Source: Chloroflexota bacterium (GTDB lineage Bacteria; Chloroflexota; UBA11872). From it: 64,000 bases of DNA. The DNA lies in the NCBI GenBank assembly GCA_026707285.1, contig JAPOXD010000021.1:2559-66558 (forward strand), given 5' to 3'. The position numbers were made by a program, and so were the translations under genes. The notes beneath the pieces are model-generated. The model was given only the letters and a program-made list of their open reading frames with translations, made no database searches and had not been told where the DNA came from. Below are positions 8,703 through 17,975 of this stretch, piece after piece; position 1 is the first letter of the stretch, and each line of letters begins with the position of its first letter.

Positions 8703-10004
8703 ATGCCGGTCGAGGGCGACTACGAGTGCTTTAGCGACGATTGGCGCCGCACGAATCCTGACCTGGTCTTCTTCCTGCCCAAGCAGCCGCCGGAGTGGGT
8801 GGAGGCGGTGGATCACGTGCTGGTGTCGGAGACGCCGGGCGGCGATCTGCTGGCGATCTGGACCTATGGCACCAAGGCGGACGCCTCGGACCACACGGTG
8901 CTTTACGCGCGCAGCGAGGACGGTGGGCGCAGCTGGTCCGAGCCGGGCGAGTTCGACCCGCCGGGACCCAAGCCCGGCCAGGCAAGCTGCTTCGGGTTTC
9001 CGGTGATCAGCCGCACGGGCCGCATCTATGCCTTCTACAACAAGGGGACGGGCATCGGGCTCAGCTATCAGACGAGTTTCCTGCGCTGCAGCTACTCCGA
9101 CGACGACGGACGCACCTGGACACCGGGCGGCGTGGACATTTCCTACCGCCGCACGATCCTGAGCCATCCCGACCCGAGCATTGGCACGAACTCGATCGTG
9201 TGGCAGAAGCCGATCCGGGACGCGCTGGATCGCGTGCTGGTGGGCTATACGGAGTGGGCCTCGCCGGCGGCGCGGCAGGTAACCGGGGTGCGCCGGCCGG
9301 ACGGCAAGGTGCAGTACTACCGCAGCGACTGCCGCTGCCAGTTCATGCGCTTCGACAACATCGACGAGGACCCGGATCCGAAGGACGTGCAGATCACCTG
9401 GCTGCCGGACCACGAAGAGCTGATCACCGTCCCGCTCCAAAGCGACCCGGAGGCCCCGGAGGGCTCGTCATTCTGCCAGGAGCCGGCGCCGGCGCTGCTG
9501 CCTGACGGCCGGCTGTTCACGGTGATGCGCACGCGCAACGGGCAGATTTGGTACACGGTTTCGGACGACCACGGCCGCTCGTGGCGGCCCACGGAGATGC
9601 TGCGCTACAAGGACGGCGGCGAGCCGATGGAGAATCCGGTGTCACCGACGCCGCTCTACCGCCTCAACGACGGCCGCTATCTCCAACTGCTCCAGAATCA
9701 CGACGGGTACGGCTACGGCTCGGTGGGCATCGGCGACTCGAACAGCAGCCGCCGGCCGCAGTTCATTTCGCTGGGCGAGTACCGCCCCGGCGCGCACCAG
9801 CCGATCTGGTTCAGCGATCCGGTGCTGCTCTTCGACACCAACTGCGTGGGCGTGCCGCCGTTCTACAAATGGTGGCTCTCGATGTACGCCAGCCTGACGG
9901 AGCTGAACGGCGAGCGGATCTTCTGGTACTCCGACCGCAAGGTGTTCGGGCTGGGGCGCTACATCACGGACGAGATGCTGGCGGAGATGCCGGTGCCGGA
10001 GTGA
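8703..10004 (+). CDS. BNR/Asp-box repeat glycosidase-like protein (paralog of 5120..6418, inverted orientation)
   Basis: Asp-boxes SEDGGRSWSEP, SDDDGRTWTPG, SDDHGRSWRPT; ~45-50% identity by eye to the 5120..6418 product. Confidence 0.6.
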   Translation: MPVEGDYECFSDDWRRTNPDLVFFLPKQPPEWVEAVDHVLVSETPGGDLLAIWTYGTKADASDHTVLYARSEDGGRSWSEPGEFDPPGPKPGQASCFGFPVISRTGRIYAFYNKGTGIGLSYQTSFLRCSYSDDDGRTWTPGGVDISYRRTILSHPDPSIGTNSIVWQKPIRDALDRVLVGYTEWASPAARQVTGVRRPDGKVQYYRSDCRCQFMRFDNIDEDPDPKDVQITWLPDHEELITVPLQSDPEAPEGSSFCQEPAPALLPDGRLFTVMRTRNGQIWYTVSDDHGRSWRPTEMLRYKDGGEPMENPVSPTPLYRLNDGRYLQLLQNHDGYGYGSVGIGDSNSSRRPQFISLGEYRPGAHQPIWFSDPVLLFDTNCVGVPPFYKWWLSMYASLTELNGERIFWYSDRKVFGLGRYITDEMLAEMPVPE

Positions 10005-10111
10005 GGTGAGGGGGCGGCGACGCCGCGCCCACAGTGGAGTCCTCGACCGATAGAGGTAGGGGCCGGTCGCGACCGGGCCCTATTCATGGGTTGACGGGTT
10101 GAGCGGCCATT

Positions 10112-10148
10112 GGATCCCCGCCTCCGTACGAATGACGGAGGGGATTCG
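10112..10148. repeat. short palindromic intergenic repeat, family B (GGATyCCCGCCTCCG...CGGAGGGGATTCGC), nested hairpin
   Basis: inverted repeats cctccgt/acggagg and ggatcccc/ggggattc; the same family recurs at 15077, 20601, 22364 and 62993. Confidence 0.6.
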
Positions 10149-10260
10149 CAAGAGTCACCAGCGCAGAAACCCGGCATCGAGTCATCCGTAGGGGCAGCCT
10201 GTCTGCACAGATTGAAAGTGCTACTTGCAATGTATGCACTTCACTGATAGCGTACTGTGT

Positions 10261-11445
10261 ATGATTGAACGCGAGATTGGCGATCAACTCGCGCGGCTGT
10301 TTGCGCAGTACCCGTTTGTGACGGTGACGGGACCACGGCAGTCGGGAAAGACCACGCTGTGCCGGGCGACCTTTCCCGACCTGGCCTATGTCAACCTGGA
10401 AGCGCCCGACCAGCGAGAGTTCGCCGAATCCGATCCCCGAGGGTTCCTGGCGCAGTTCCCCGAGGGCGCGATCATTGATGAGATCCAGCACGTTCCGGAC
10501 CTGCTGTCGTACCTGCAGGTGCTGGCCGACGACCTAGGCCGCAACAGCCTGTTCGTGCTCACGGGCAGCGAGCAATTCCGACTCCCGAGCAGCATCAGCC
10601 AGTCGCTCGCCGGGCGAACGGCGCTGCTGCGGCTGCTGCCGTTTTCCCTGGCGGAACGCCAACGCACCGGCGCGAGCGCGACAATTGACAACCTGCTGTA
10701 TACGGGGTTCTATCCCCGGATTCTCGACCAGCGGCTGGAGCCACGGCAAGCGCTGGGCGACTACTTCGAGACCTACGTGGAGCGCGACGTGCGCCGGATG
10801 GGCGAGATCCGCAACCTATCGAGCTTCCGGCGCTTCGTGCGGCTATGTGCAGGCCGCGTTGGGCAACTCGTCAACTTGAGCTCGCTGGGATCGGACGCCG
10901 GCGTGTCCCACTCCACGGCGCGACACTGGCTGACGGTGCTCGAAGCAAGCTACATCATCTTTCAACTGCCACCGTTTCACGCCAACATCCGAAAGCGTCT
11001 GATCAAGTCGCCAAAGCTCTATTTCTGCGACGTTGGACTGGCCAGCTATCTCATCGGCATCGAAGACCCGAAACAGCTCGTCACGCATCCGCTGCGCGGT
11101 GCGCTGTTCGAGAACTTGGTCGTGGCGGAGGCGCTAAAGCACCGTCTCAATCGAGGCCGCCAGCCAAATCTGTCTTTTTTCCGCGACGCCAGGGGCCTGG
11201 AGTGCGATCTCTTGTACGAGACCGGCCACGGTATTGGCGCCATCGAGATCAAGGCCGGATCAACCGTGCCATCCGACGCCTTCCATGCACTGAATCGCGT
11301 TGCAGACTTGATTCCGACCATCGCAGGCAAGGCGATGGTCTACGGCGGCGCCGATAGTCAATCCCGCACCGATGGCCAGGTCGTGCCATTGCCGGACCTG
11401 TCCGGCCTGTTGGAACGATTCGACCACGATTCATCGGCTGACTGA
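10261..11445 (+). CDS. AAA+ superfamily ATPase (COG1373 / DUF4143-type)
   Basis: Walker A TGPRQSGKTT; overall pattern of the predicted ATPase family with a C-terminal DUF4143-like region; start taken at MIEREIG (10261) inside ORF 10225.. Confidence 0.65.
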   Translation: MIEREIGDQLARLFAQYPFVTVTGPRQSGKTTLCRATFPDLAYVNLEAPDQREFAESDPRGFLAQFPEGAIIDEIQHVPDLLSYLQVLADDLGRNSLFVLTGSEQFRLPSSISQSLAGRTALLRLLPFSLAERQRTGASATIDNLLYTGFYPRILDQRLEPRQALGDYFETYVERDVRRMGEIRNLSSFRRFVRLCAGRVGQLVNLSSLGSDAGVSHSTARHWLTVLEASYIIFQLPPFHANIRKRLIKSPKLYFCDVGLASYLIGIEDPKQLVTHPLRGALFENLVVAEALKHRLNRGRQPNLSFFRDARGLECDLLYETGHGIGAIEIKAGSTVPSDAFHALNRVADLIPTIAGKAMVYGGADSQSRTDGQVVPLPDLSGLLERFDHDSSAD

Positions 11446-11451
11446 GTGGCT

Positions 11452-14070
11452 CTAGGCGGTGATGCGCAGCGTCAAGTGATCGCCCGCTCCGACTAGGCGC
11501 GCAGCGGCAAGCTCGGCGCATCCCACGTCGGTGAGTTCCAGGGCCCGCAACCGAACCTCGCCGCCGAGGATATCCAGGCGCACGTGCCAGCCGTGGGCGC
11601 TCGGGGTACGGGTGCAGGTGCCCCAGGCGGAGCCGTTGGACCAGAAGACCGTGCCGGGGGCGGCGGCGAAGCGCATCTCTCCGCGGACGGCGGAGTAGCC
11701 GAAGCCGGCGACGGCGACCACGGCGCCCCAGGCGGCCATGGCCCGGGCGTAGTGATGGCCGTATTCCGGCTCGTCGAACGGATTCCGCCGGGCGCCATCG
11801 TGGCGGGCGCGCACGGCCTCGATCACTCGTAGCGCGGCGTCGGGCTGCCCCTCCTGGAGCATGCCGACGGCGGCGGTGTATTCGAGGCCCGACCAGACTT
11901 CGTTGCAATAGGGGAATGGGCGCTCGGGGCGGTCGCCGTGGGGATAGGCGGCGATGACCAGGCCGGCCTCGTCGGCGAGGGCGTAGCTGCGAAAGTGGTT
12001 CACGTGGCCCCGCATGGACGGGCGGAAGTTGTGGCGCATGATCGACTGCAGCGTCGTCGCCACGTGGTCGGGATCGAGCAGCGGGCCGAGGCCACTGAGG
12101 CGGGCGGCGGCCTGGCCGACGAGCTGGCCCACGAGGCAGCCGCTGCCGACCTGGTGCTCGGGGGCTTCCAGGTTCTGGGCGGCGTACTTCTCGGGCCGGC
12201 GCAGCCCGGGGGCGATGCGCAAGCGCTCGGGCTGGGGCCGGATCTGGTGCTCGTAGTAGTCGCCGTTGAAGAGGCTGGCGTCGATCCAGGCACGGCCCTG
12301 CTCAAACAGGCGGCGGCACTCAGCGGCAAAGCCGGTCTCGCCGAGGTGGGCGGCCATCTCCTCCCCCGCGCGCAGCGCCGCCAGGTACCAGCCGCCGATC
12401 TCGGGGTTGGGGCCGAAGTACTCCACGTCCATGGTGTTGTGCTGGCAGCCCTCCATGACGCCGTCGCGGTCGGCGTCCCAGCCGCCCTCGATCCAGCAGA
12501 ACTCGAGCGCGCGGCGGGCGCCGGGCCAGACGCGCCGCAGAAAGTCGTCGTCGCCGCTGAGCTGCCAGTCGCGGTAGAGCTTGACCAGGCAGCCAAGCTG
12601 GCCGTCGGCCGCCGCCAGACCCCAGTCGGACGAGCGCCCGCGAGGGAGCGCCGCGCGGAACTCCATGTGACCGTCGCTGCCGGTGGACTCGTTGAACTCG
12701 ATCTCGCGCATGCCCCGCGCCAGGTCGCCAAAGAGAAAGCCCGTGACGTGCTCGTAGTTCCAGACGTGGGTGCAGGTGCCGAAGCCCGCGCCGGCGTCGT
12801 CGAAGCAGCCTTCGAAGCCGTAGAAGCCGCCGTCGGCGCTGCGAAAGGCGGTCTGGGAGCGCAGGGTGCTGAGGTTGAAGAGCGCGGCCTCCTTGATCGC
12901 GTCGGGGATGTCGGCAGCGCAGAACGCGCGCACGAACCGGACCGTGTCGCGCTCGAGGTCCGGCAGATGGGCGGCGGCGGCCTCGGCGGCGGCCCAGGCG
13001 TCGGGGACGCGGGTGGCGTAGTGATTGCCGACCCGGTCGGCGCGGGCGTCGCCGGTGCGCATGACGTCCCAGGTGAGGCGGTTGGGGAAGTGCCAGGCGA
13101 GCAAGAAGGTGACGGCGCGCTCTTCGCCCGGATCCAGGTCGACGGCAGCGGCCAGCGATGCCGTGGGTGAATCGGCGTCGCCGGGTGGGCGGTCCTCGAG
13201 CCGGCCGTCGGCGCTGAAGTCGTCCCAGAATTCGAGCAGGGCGTCGCCCCAGGGGACGTCGTACCAGGACGTGCGGGCGGTGACGGTCTGGTGGCGGGCG
13301 TCGAGGACCGTGAGGGCCAGGGTGCCCCACTGCTCGGCGTGGTCGGGCACGCCGTCGGAGCGCATGTCGAGGCCACGGAGGCCATTGCCCAGGCGCCAGC
13401 GGTTGACGTTGCGCTTGGGCTCGCCGTGCTTGCCGTCCGTGCCGATGAAGTTGGCCAGAGTCGCGCAGACGGCGACTTGCAGGGGAACGTCCGTCGGGTT
13501 GGCGGCCACCCAGCGCAGCACGGCCACGGGAAGGCCGCTGTCGTCGGCGCGGCCGGGGATGAGCGGGTTGAAGGCTTCGAGCCGCAGGTCGACCGGGACA
13601 TCGGGGTCCTCGAGACTCACTTGCGCCAGCGGATAGGCGGCGTGGAACGACGCGTCGGCGAATCGCGGCAGGCCGTGGTGGGGCGCGGGCGAGCCGAGAG
13701 TCCCCTCGTAATCGGCCCGGTCGAGATCGCCTTCGAGCAGCCGGGTGGCGGGCGGGCGGCCCTGGGCTTGTACGCGGACGGCGAAGAAGGCGCGGGGCTC
13801 GGTCATGTTGCGCGTGATCGGCACGTTGGGGACAAAGCCCTTGGCCGGGCGGTTGACGATTTCCCAATCGCGTAGATCGCCGCGTCCGCCCAGCGAGACG
13901 GTGCCCGTGCCGATGCCGCCGATGGGCATGGCCACGCGCCGCAAGTGCTCGCCACGATAGGCGCGCAGCACGGGCCAGGCGGGGTTGAGGCGGAGACGGT
14001 CGTTGGGCATGGACGAATCGTGCCTCACGTGCGCGGGCACGTCAGCATCAGCATTGGGCATGCGCGGCAT
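11452..14070 (-). CDS. glycoside hydrolase family 116 (GBA2-type beta-glucosidase/glucosylceramidase-like)
   Basis: N-terminal GBA2_N signature MPIGGIGTGTVSLGGRGDLRDWEI; ~870 aa with a C-terminal (alpha/alpha)6-type region typical of GH116; start could also be 14010. Confidence 0.7.
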   Translation of the reverse strand: MPRMPNADADVPAHVRHDSSMPNDRLRLNPAWPVLRAYRGEHLRRVAMPIGGIGTGTVSLGGRGDLRDWEIVNRPAKGFVPNVPITRNMTEPRAFFAVRVQAQGRPPATRLLEGDLDRADYEGTLGSPAPHHGLPRFADASFHAAYPLAQVSLEDPDVPVDLRLEAFNPLIPGRADDSGLPVAVLRWVAANPTDVPLQVAVCATLANFIGTDGKHGEPKRNVNRWRLGNGLRGLDMRSDGVPDHAEQWGTLALTVLDARHQTVTARTSWYDVPWGDALLEFWDDFSADGRLEDRPPGDADSPTASLAAAVDLDPGEERAVTFLLAWHFPNRLTWDVMRTGDARADRVGNHYATRVPDAWAAAEAAAAHLPDLERDTVRFVRAFCAADIPDAIKEAALFNLSTLRSQTAFRSADGGFYGFEGCFDDAGAGFGTCTHVWNYEHVTGFLFGDLARGMREIEFNESTGSDGHMEFRAALPRGRSSDWGLAAADGQLGCLVKLYRDWQLSGDDDFLRRVWPGARRALEFCWIEGGWDADRDGVMEGCQHNTMDVEYFGPNPEIGGWYLAALRAGEEMAAHLGETGFAAECRRLFEQGRAWIDASLFNGDYYEHQIRPQPERLRIAPGLRRPEKYAAQNLEAPEHQVGSGCLVGQLVGQAAARLSGLGPLLDPDHVATTLQSIMRHNFRPSMRGHVNHFRSYALADEAGLVIAAYPHGDRPERPFPYCNEVWSGLEYTAAVGMLQEGQPDAALRVIEAVRARHDGARRNPFDEPEYGHHYARAMAAWGAVVAVAGFGYSAVRGEMRFAAAPGTVFWSNGSAWGTCTRTPSAHGWHVRLDILGGEVRLRALELTDVGCAELAAARLVGAGDHLTLRITA

Positions 14071-14127
14071 GTTTTACATCGCGGGCCTTCGGTATGGACG
14101 ACTAGGGGGATGATCGAACGGCGGCGC

Positions 14128-14215
14128 AAACCCGTTGTGGTTCGACGGGATCACCACGAACGGTTGGACCGAGCCTGCCCTGAGCTTGCCGAAGGGCTCA
14201 CCACGAACGGGCTGG
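14128..14215. repeat. intergenic repeat, family A (..TCACCACGAACGG.. / CCTGAGCTTGCCGAAGGGCTCACCACGAACGG), two partial tandem units
   Basis: core TCACCACGAACGG at ~14150 and ~14198; reverse strand translates to VRGEPFGKLRAGS, a repeat type common in Chloroflexi genomes; second locus at 14906..14960. Confidence 0.55.
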
Positions 14216-14341
14216 CGGATCGCATGGACTGTGGTCACTGCCACGTTCCGATCGTGAACGCGTGGCGCAAGGACCCTGCGGCGCGTTCTACATGGGGATA
14301 GAGCTGCCGGGGCGCGGGAGCAATCGAAGGAGAAACGAGCA

Positions 14342-14854
14342 ATGCCCAAGCCAACCAAGAAGCTCAAGCTGCCGCATCCGGAGCTTCAAGAACTCGTGGC
14401 GGTCCTCCAGGCCAACGTGACCCGCGTGGGTGCCTGCGAGGTGGACGGGACCGAGGTCCGGTATTTCATCTGCGATCCGTGGCCTGAGTGGGCGGACCTG
14501 GCGATGTACGACGAGGATGGCAACATCTATCTCCCTGAGAGCTTCGTGAACGCCGAACCGGAGTTCGCCTACCTGGTGGTGCTGCATGAGCACGTTGAGA
14601 TCGGACATAAGCTGGCGGGGCGATCCCACGCCTACGCCCATCACCGGGCGTACCTGGCGGAGCTGTTGGCGGCGAAGGAGATGTTCAGCGGGCCGGGTGA
14701 GCTGCGGCAGTTCCTCAAGCGGAGGATCGGCGGATATCCCGACTGGAAGGTGCCAAACAAGGCTGAGGTCGAGGAGCGGCTCTACGAGCTGCTGCAAGCC
14801 CCGAGGCCGTTGCGGGGTCGACTGATTGAGGTGATGACCAAGGCGAGGCTCTAA
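14342..14854 (+). CDS. hypothetical protein
   Basis: clean 170-aa ORF with ATG start, flanked on both sides by family A repeats; contains LHEHVEIGH (H-E-x5-H), a possible metal-binding motif. Confidence 0.4.
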   Translation: MPKPTKKLKLPHPELQELVAVLQANVTRVGACEVDGTEVRYFICDPWPEWADLAMYDEDGNIYLPESFVNAEPEFAYLVVLHEHVEIGHKLAGRSHAYAHHRAYLAELLAAKEMFSGPGELRQFLKRRIGGYPDWKVPNKAEVEERLYELLQAPRPLRGRLIEVMTKARL

Positions 14855-14905
14855 GGCGGGCAACCGTGCCGCTTTCGAGCACTCATTCGGTGGCACCCAC
14901 CTGCA

Positions 14906-14960
14906 GTGGTTCGTGGAGCCTGTCCTGAGCTTGCCGAAGCGCTCACCACGAACGGGTGGG
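14906..14960. repeat. intergenic repeat, family A (palindromic: GTTCGTGG ... CCACGAAC)
   Basis: GTGGTTCGTGGAGCCTGTCCTGAGCTTGCCGAAGCGCTCACCACGAACGG; 8-bp stem gttcgtgg/ccacgaac. Confidence 0.55.
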
Positions 14961-15076
14961 CGGCGCGGCTGTGAACGGGCGAGTTTGAAACTCCCCCCTA
15001 TTGAGACCCCTGCGGAATCCAGCCAAGCTTGGGGATGACCGCGCGAATACTGTCCGCCCCCAGGTTCAATGCAGGG

Positions 15077-15131
15077 TGGATTCCCGCCCCGTATCAAGTA
15101 CGGGGCAGGCTCTTCGCGGGAATGACGAAGG
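15077..15131. repeat. short palindromic repeat, family B, with nested hairpin ccccgta-tcaag-tacgggg
   Basis: GGATTCCCGCCCCGTATCAAGTACGGGGCAGGCTCTTCGCGGGAATGACGAAGG. Confidence 0.55.
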
Positions 15132-15229
15132 ACAATGTAAGGGTCGCCTACGGGCGGCGCGGGCGCCGAGCGGATGGCCGATACTTGGCGGAGTCTTGCC
15201 AGACGCCGACGATCGCGGAGGAGTGATGC

Positions 15230-15778
15230 ATGGACAACGGCGTCTACATCGCGCTGCTGCGGGCCATCAACGTCGGCGGCACCAAGAAGCTGCTGATGGC
15301 CGACCTGCGGGCGATGTTCGAGGCGGCGGGGTGCACGGAGGTGCGGACATACATCCAGAGCGGCAACGTGGTATTCCGGGCGGACCCGGCGCTGGCGGAG
15401 CGTATTCCAGAACTCATTGAAGGGGAGATCGCCGCCAGCAAGGGGTTCCAAGTTCCCGTTGTAACGCGGTCGGCGGCGGAGTGGAGCGCGGTCGTGAGCG
15501 GCAATCCGTTTCTGGCGGCCGGCGCCGACCCGGCGCAGCTCCACGTGGGATTCCTGGCCGAGGAACCGGGCACGGCCCGCATCGCGGAGCTAGACCCAAA
15601 CCGCTCGCCGCAGGACGCCTTGGAGGTGAGAGGACGCGAGGTCTACCTGCACTTTCCGAATGGCACGGCGCGGTCGAAGCTGACGGTTGACTATTTCGAC
15701 CGCACCTTGGGAACGACGATCACGATTCGCAACTGGCGCACGGTCGGCAAGCTGCTCGCTATGGCTGGGGGCGACTGA
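15230..15778 (+). CDS. DUF1697 family protein
   Basis: N-terminal YIALLRAINVGG.KKLLMADLRAMFEAAG; typical ~180 aa. Confidence 0.7.
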   Translation: MDNGVYIALLRAINVGGTKKLLMADLRAMFEAAGCTEVRTYIQSGNVVFRADPALAERIPELIEGEIAASKGFQVPVVTRSAAEWSAVVSGNPFLAAGADPAQLHVGFLAEEPGTARIAELDPNRSPQDALEVRGREVYLHFPNGTARSKLTVDYFDRTLGTTITIRNWRTVGKLLAMAGGD

Positions 15779-16022
15779 GCCGGGGGACCAGCGGTTCGGG
15801 ATGCCGATGCGCCGAGTGGCTGGATTCCGGGCTCCGCCGAAATGACGTAGAGGTCGGGTGCTCGGTGCGACCCGGCAGGGTACGACGTGCGGGACTCCCG
15901 AAGTCAACAGCGTCGGATTTGTGCTGCGGGAACGGCGGGGCGTAAGGTGCGGCAATCTCCGTGGCGCCGGGGCCTGCCGCGCGGCTGGGGCCTGAGCGAC
16001 CGCGGTCCTTGCTGAGGGCGAG

Positions 16023-17795
16023 GTGCGTATGACGGACCGCATCGCCGACCGCGGGTTGGTCAACGACCCGGTCTACATCACCGACCTGAGCGCGGTGGAG
16101 CCGGCCGACGCCGTGGGTCCGGTGCCGGCGTTTCACCGCTGGCGCTCGATGGCCTACACCGCCGGGGAGCTCAGCGGCCGGATGCTGCTGGCGGGTCCCG
16201 AGACGGCCGCGCCGGACGTGACGCTGGACCTGAACGCGAGCGGGTGGCATGCAGTCACGCTGGGTCTGATGCCGCCGCCGGGTTACGAAGGCGCCCCATT
16301 GAAAGTGCTGGCGCGCCTGAGCGGCGACGCGACGCCGACGATGCTCACGGCGCAGCCGGCGCATCCCGAGATTGGGCATGACTTGCAACTCGTGGAGCTC
16401 TATTGGCGCACGGCCGATTTGACCGGCCGGCAGCTGGTGCTGGGGCAGCCGCAGTGGCAGACGGCGCCGGTGGACGCGGTGGGCGCCTGGCGGTCGGAGA
16501 TCGTGCGCATTGCTTATGTCAAGCTGGTGCCGTTGACCGACGCCGAAGTGGCGGAGGCGCAAGCCGAGCGCCGGCGCACCGACACCCGCCGGCTCTTCGC
16601 CCACCAGGACGCGCACGGACCGCACTACCTGTGGCGGTTGAACGATGCCGAGGGCATCCGGCGCGAGATCGAGCCCTATCGCGACAGCGACTTCTCCCGC
16701 ATGTATTGGGAAGCCGGCGAAGGCGACATCAGCTACTACTTCAGCAAGATTGCGCGCTGGTGCACGTTCGACGAGGCCGAGGACTTCGCGCGCGTGGGCG
16801 ACCGGCTGCACGCCGAGAGCTGGCGGGAGTTTCGCGACCTGGGCGTGGATCCGCTCGATGTCGCCATCGAGCACTGTCACGACGCCGGGCTGGAGATTCA
16901 CGCGTCATATCGCGTGGCGGGCTTCTGGTATCCGCCGCCAATCGATCATTTCAACCTGGGCGACACTTTCGCCGCGGCGCACCCGGAATGGCGCGGGCGG
17001 GACCGCAACGGCCAGACGACGCCGCGCATTGCCTATTCCTATCCCGAAGTGCGGGCCTACATAGTGTCGCTGCTGCGCGAGATGGCCGAGCGGCCCATCG
17101 ACGGGGTGTGCCTGCTTTACAACCGACGCCTGCCCCTGGTGGAGTACGAGCCGCCGGTGGTCGCGGCCTTCCAGGACGAATACGGCCTCGATCCGCACGC
17201 GCTGCCGGCGGACGACGACCGCTGGCTGCGGTTCCGCGCGCGCGAGCTGACCCAGTTCGTGCGCGAGGTGCGGCAGGCGATGGACGAGATGGGCGCGGTG
17301 CACGGCAAGCGGCTTGGCGTCTCCGCCGTGGTGATGAGCAGCGAGCAGGAGAATCTCCAAAACGCCATCGACCTGGGAGCGTGGGTGGAGGAAGGCATCG
17401 TCGACACGCTGATTCCCTACACCTCGGTCCCCGGCGGAGACTCGCACGCGGTGTCGTGGGAGGATCCGGCGGATCTGGCGTATTTCGTGGAGCTGGTGCG
17501 CGGGACGGATTGCGTGCTGGCCCCGGGGATGATGCCGCGGCACCGCCCGCCCGAGGACGTGCGCCGCCAGGCAGCGGGCATCTACGGCGCGGGCGCCGAT
17601 CACCTGTTTTTCTGGGACGCGGCGGGAGGCTCCGGGCGGGCGAACCACGGCGCGATGTGGAACGCGCTGCGGCGGCTGGGGCACCGCGACGAGATCGAGG
17701 CCTGGCGCGCGGCGGGGGAGCCCTCGCTGCAACCCACCGCCCACGACGTGGACGTGCTGGACGATTGGGACCTGTCCTACACGACGCCGGGATGA
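16023..17795 (+). CDS. uncharacterised TIM-barrel glycoside-hydrolase-like protein (paralog family 1 of 3)
   Basis: ~50% identical to the 17976..19775 product across the full length (..RRLFAH.D.HGPHYL.RL..EE..RREIEPYRD.D.SR.YWEAG.GD.., ..GVCLL.NRR.PLVEYEPPVV..FQ.EYGLDP..); family assignment is inference. Confidence 0.45.
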   Translation: MRMTDRIADRGLVNDPVYITDLSAVEPADAVGPVPAFHRWRSMAYTAGELSGRMLLAGPETAAPDVTLDLNASGWHAVTLGLMPPPGYEGAPLKVLARLSGDATPTMLTAQPAHPEIGHDLQLVELYWRTADLTGRQLVLGQPQWQTAPVDAVGAWRSEIVRIAYVKLVPLTDAEVAEAQAERRRTDTRRLFAHQDAHGPHYLWRLNDAEGIRREIEPYRDSDFSRMYWEAGEGDISYYFSKIARWCTFDEAEDFARVGDRLHAESWREFRDLGVDPLDVAIEHCHDAGLEIHASYRVAGFWYPPPIDHFNLGDTFAAAHPEWRGRDRNGQTTPRIAYSYPEVRAYIVSLLREMAERPIDGVCLLYNRRLPLVEYEPPVVAAFQDEYGLDPHALPADDDRWLRFRARELTQFVREVRQAMDEMGAVHGKRLGVSAVVMSSEQENLQNAIDLGAWVEEGIVDTLIPYTSVPGGDSHAVSWEDPADLAYFVELVRGTDCVLAPGMMPRHRPPEDVRRQAAGIYGAGADHLFFWDAAGGSGRANHGAMWNALRRLGHRDEIEAWRAAGEPSLQPTAHDVDVLDDWDLSYTTPG

Positions 17796-17975
17796 TGACG
17801 GGCGTGGGACTTGGGTCGGATCACCCTCACCCCAGCCCTCTCCCGTCAAGGGAGAGGGGGGCGGTCCCTGGTTCCGCCGCACCGCCGAACGACGCCAAGC
17901 GGGCGGCCACAAGGGCCGCCCCTACCCGGCTGGACGATGCGCGGAACCTCCGATGAGCGCTAGAAGGAGCTAGGC

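Noticed and set aside
14288-15544. 418-aa minus-strand ORF
   Set aside because: It runs through the family A and B repeat clusters. Its translation consists of repeat-derived peptides (..RGERFGKLRTGS..), and it overlaps the well-supported 14342..14854 and DUF1697 genes on the other strand. This is a spurious high-GC ORF.
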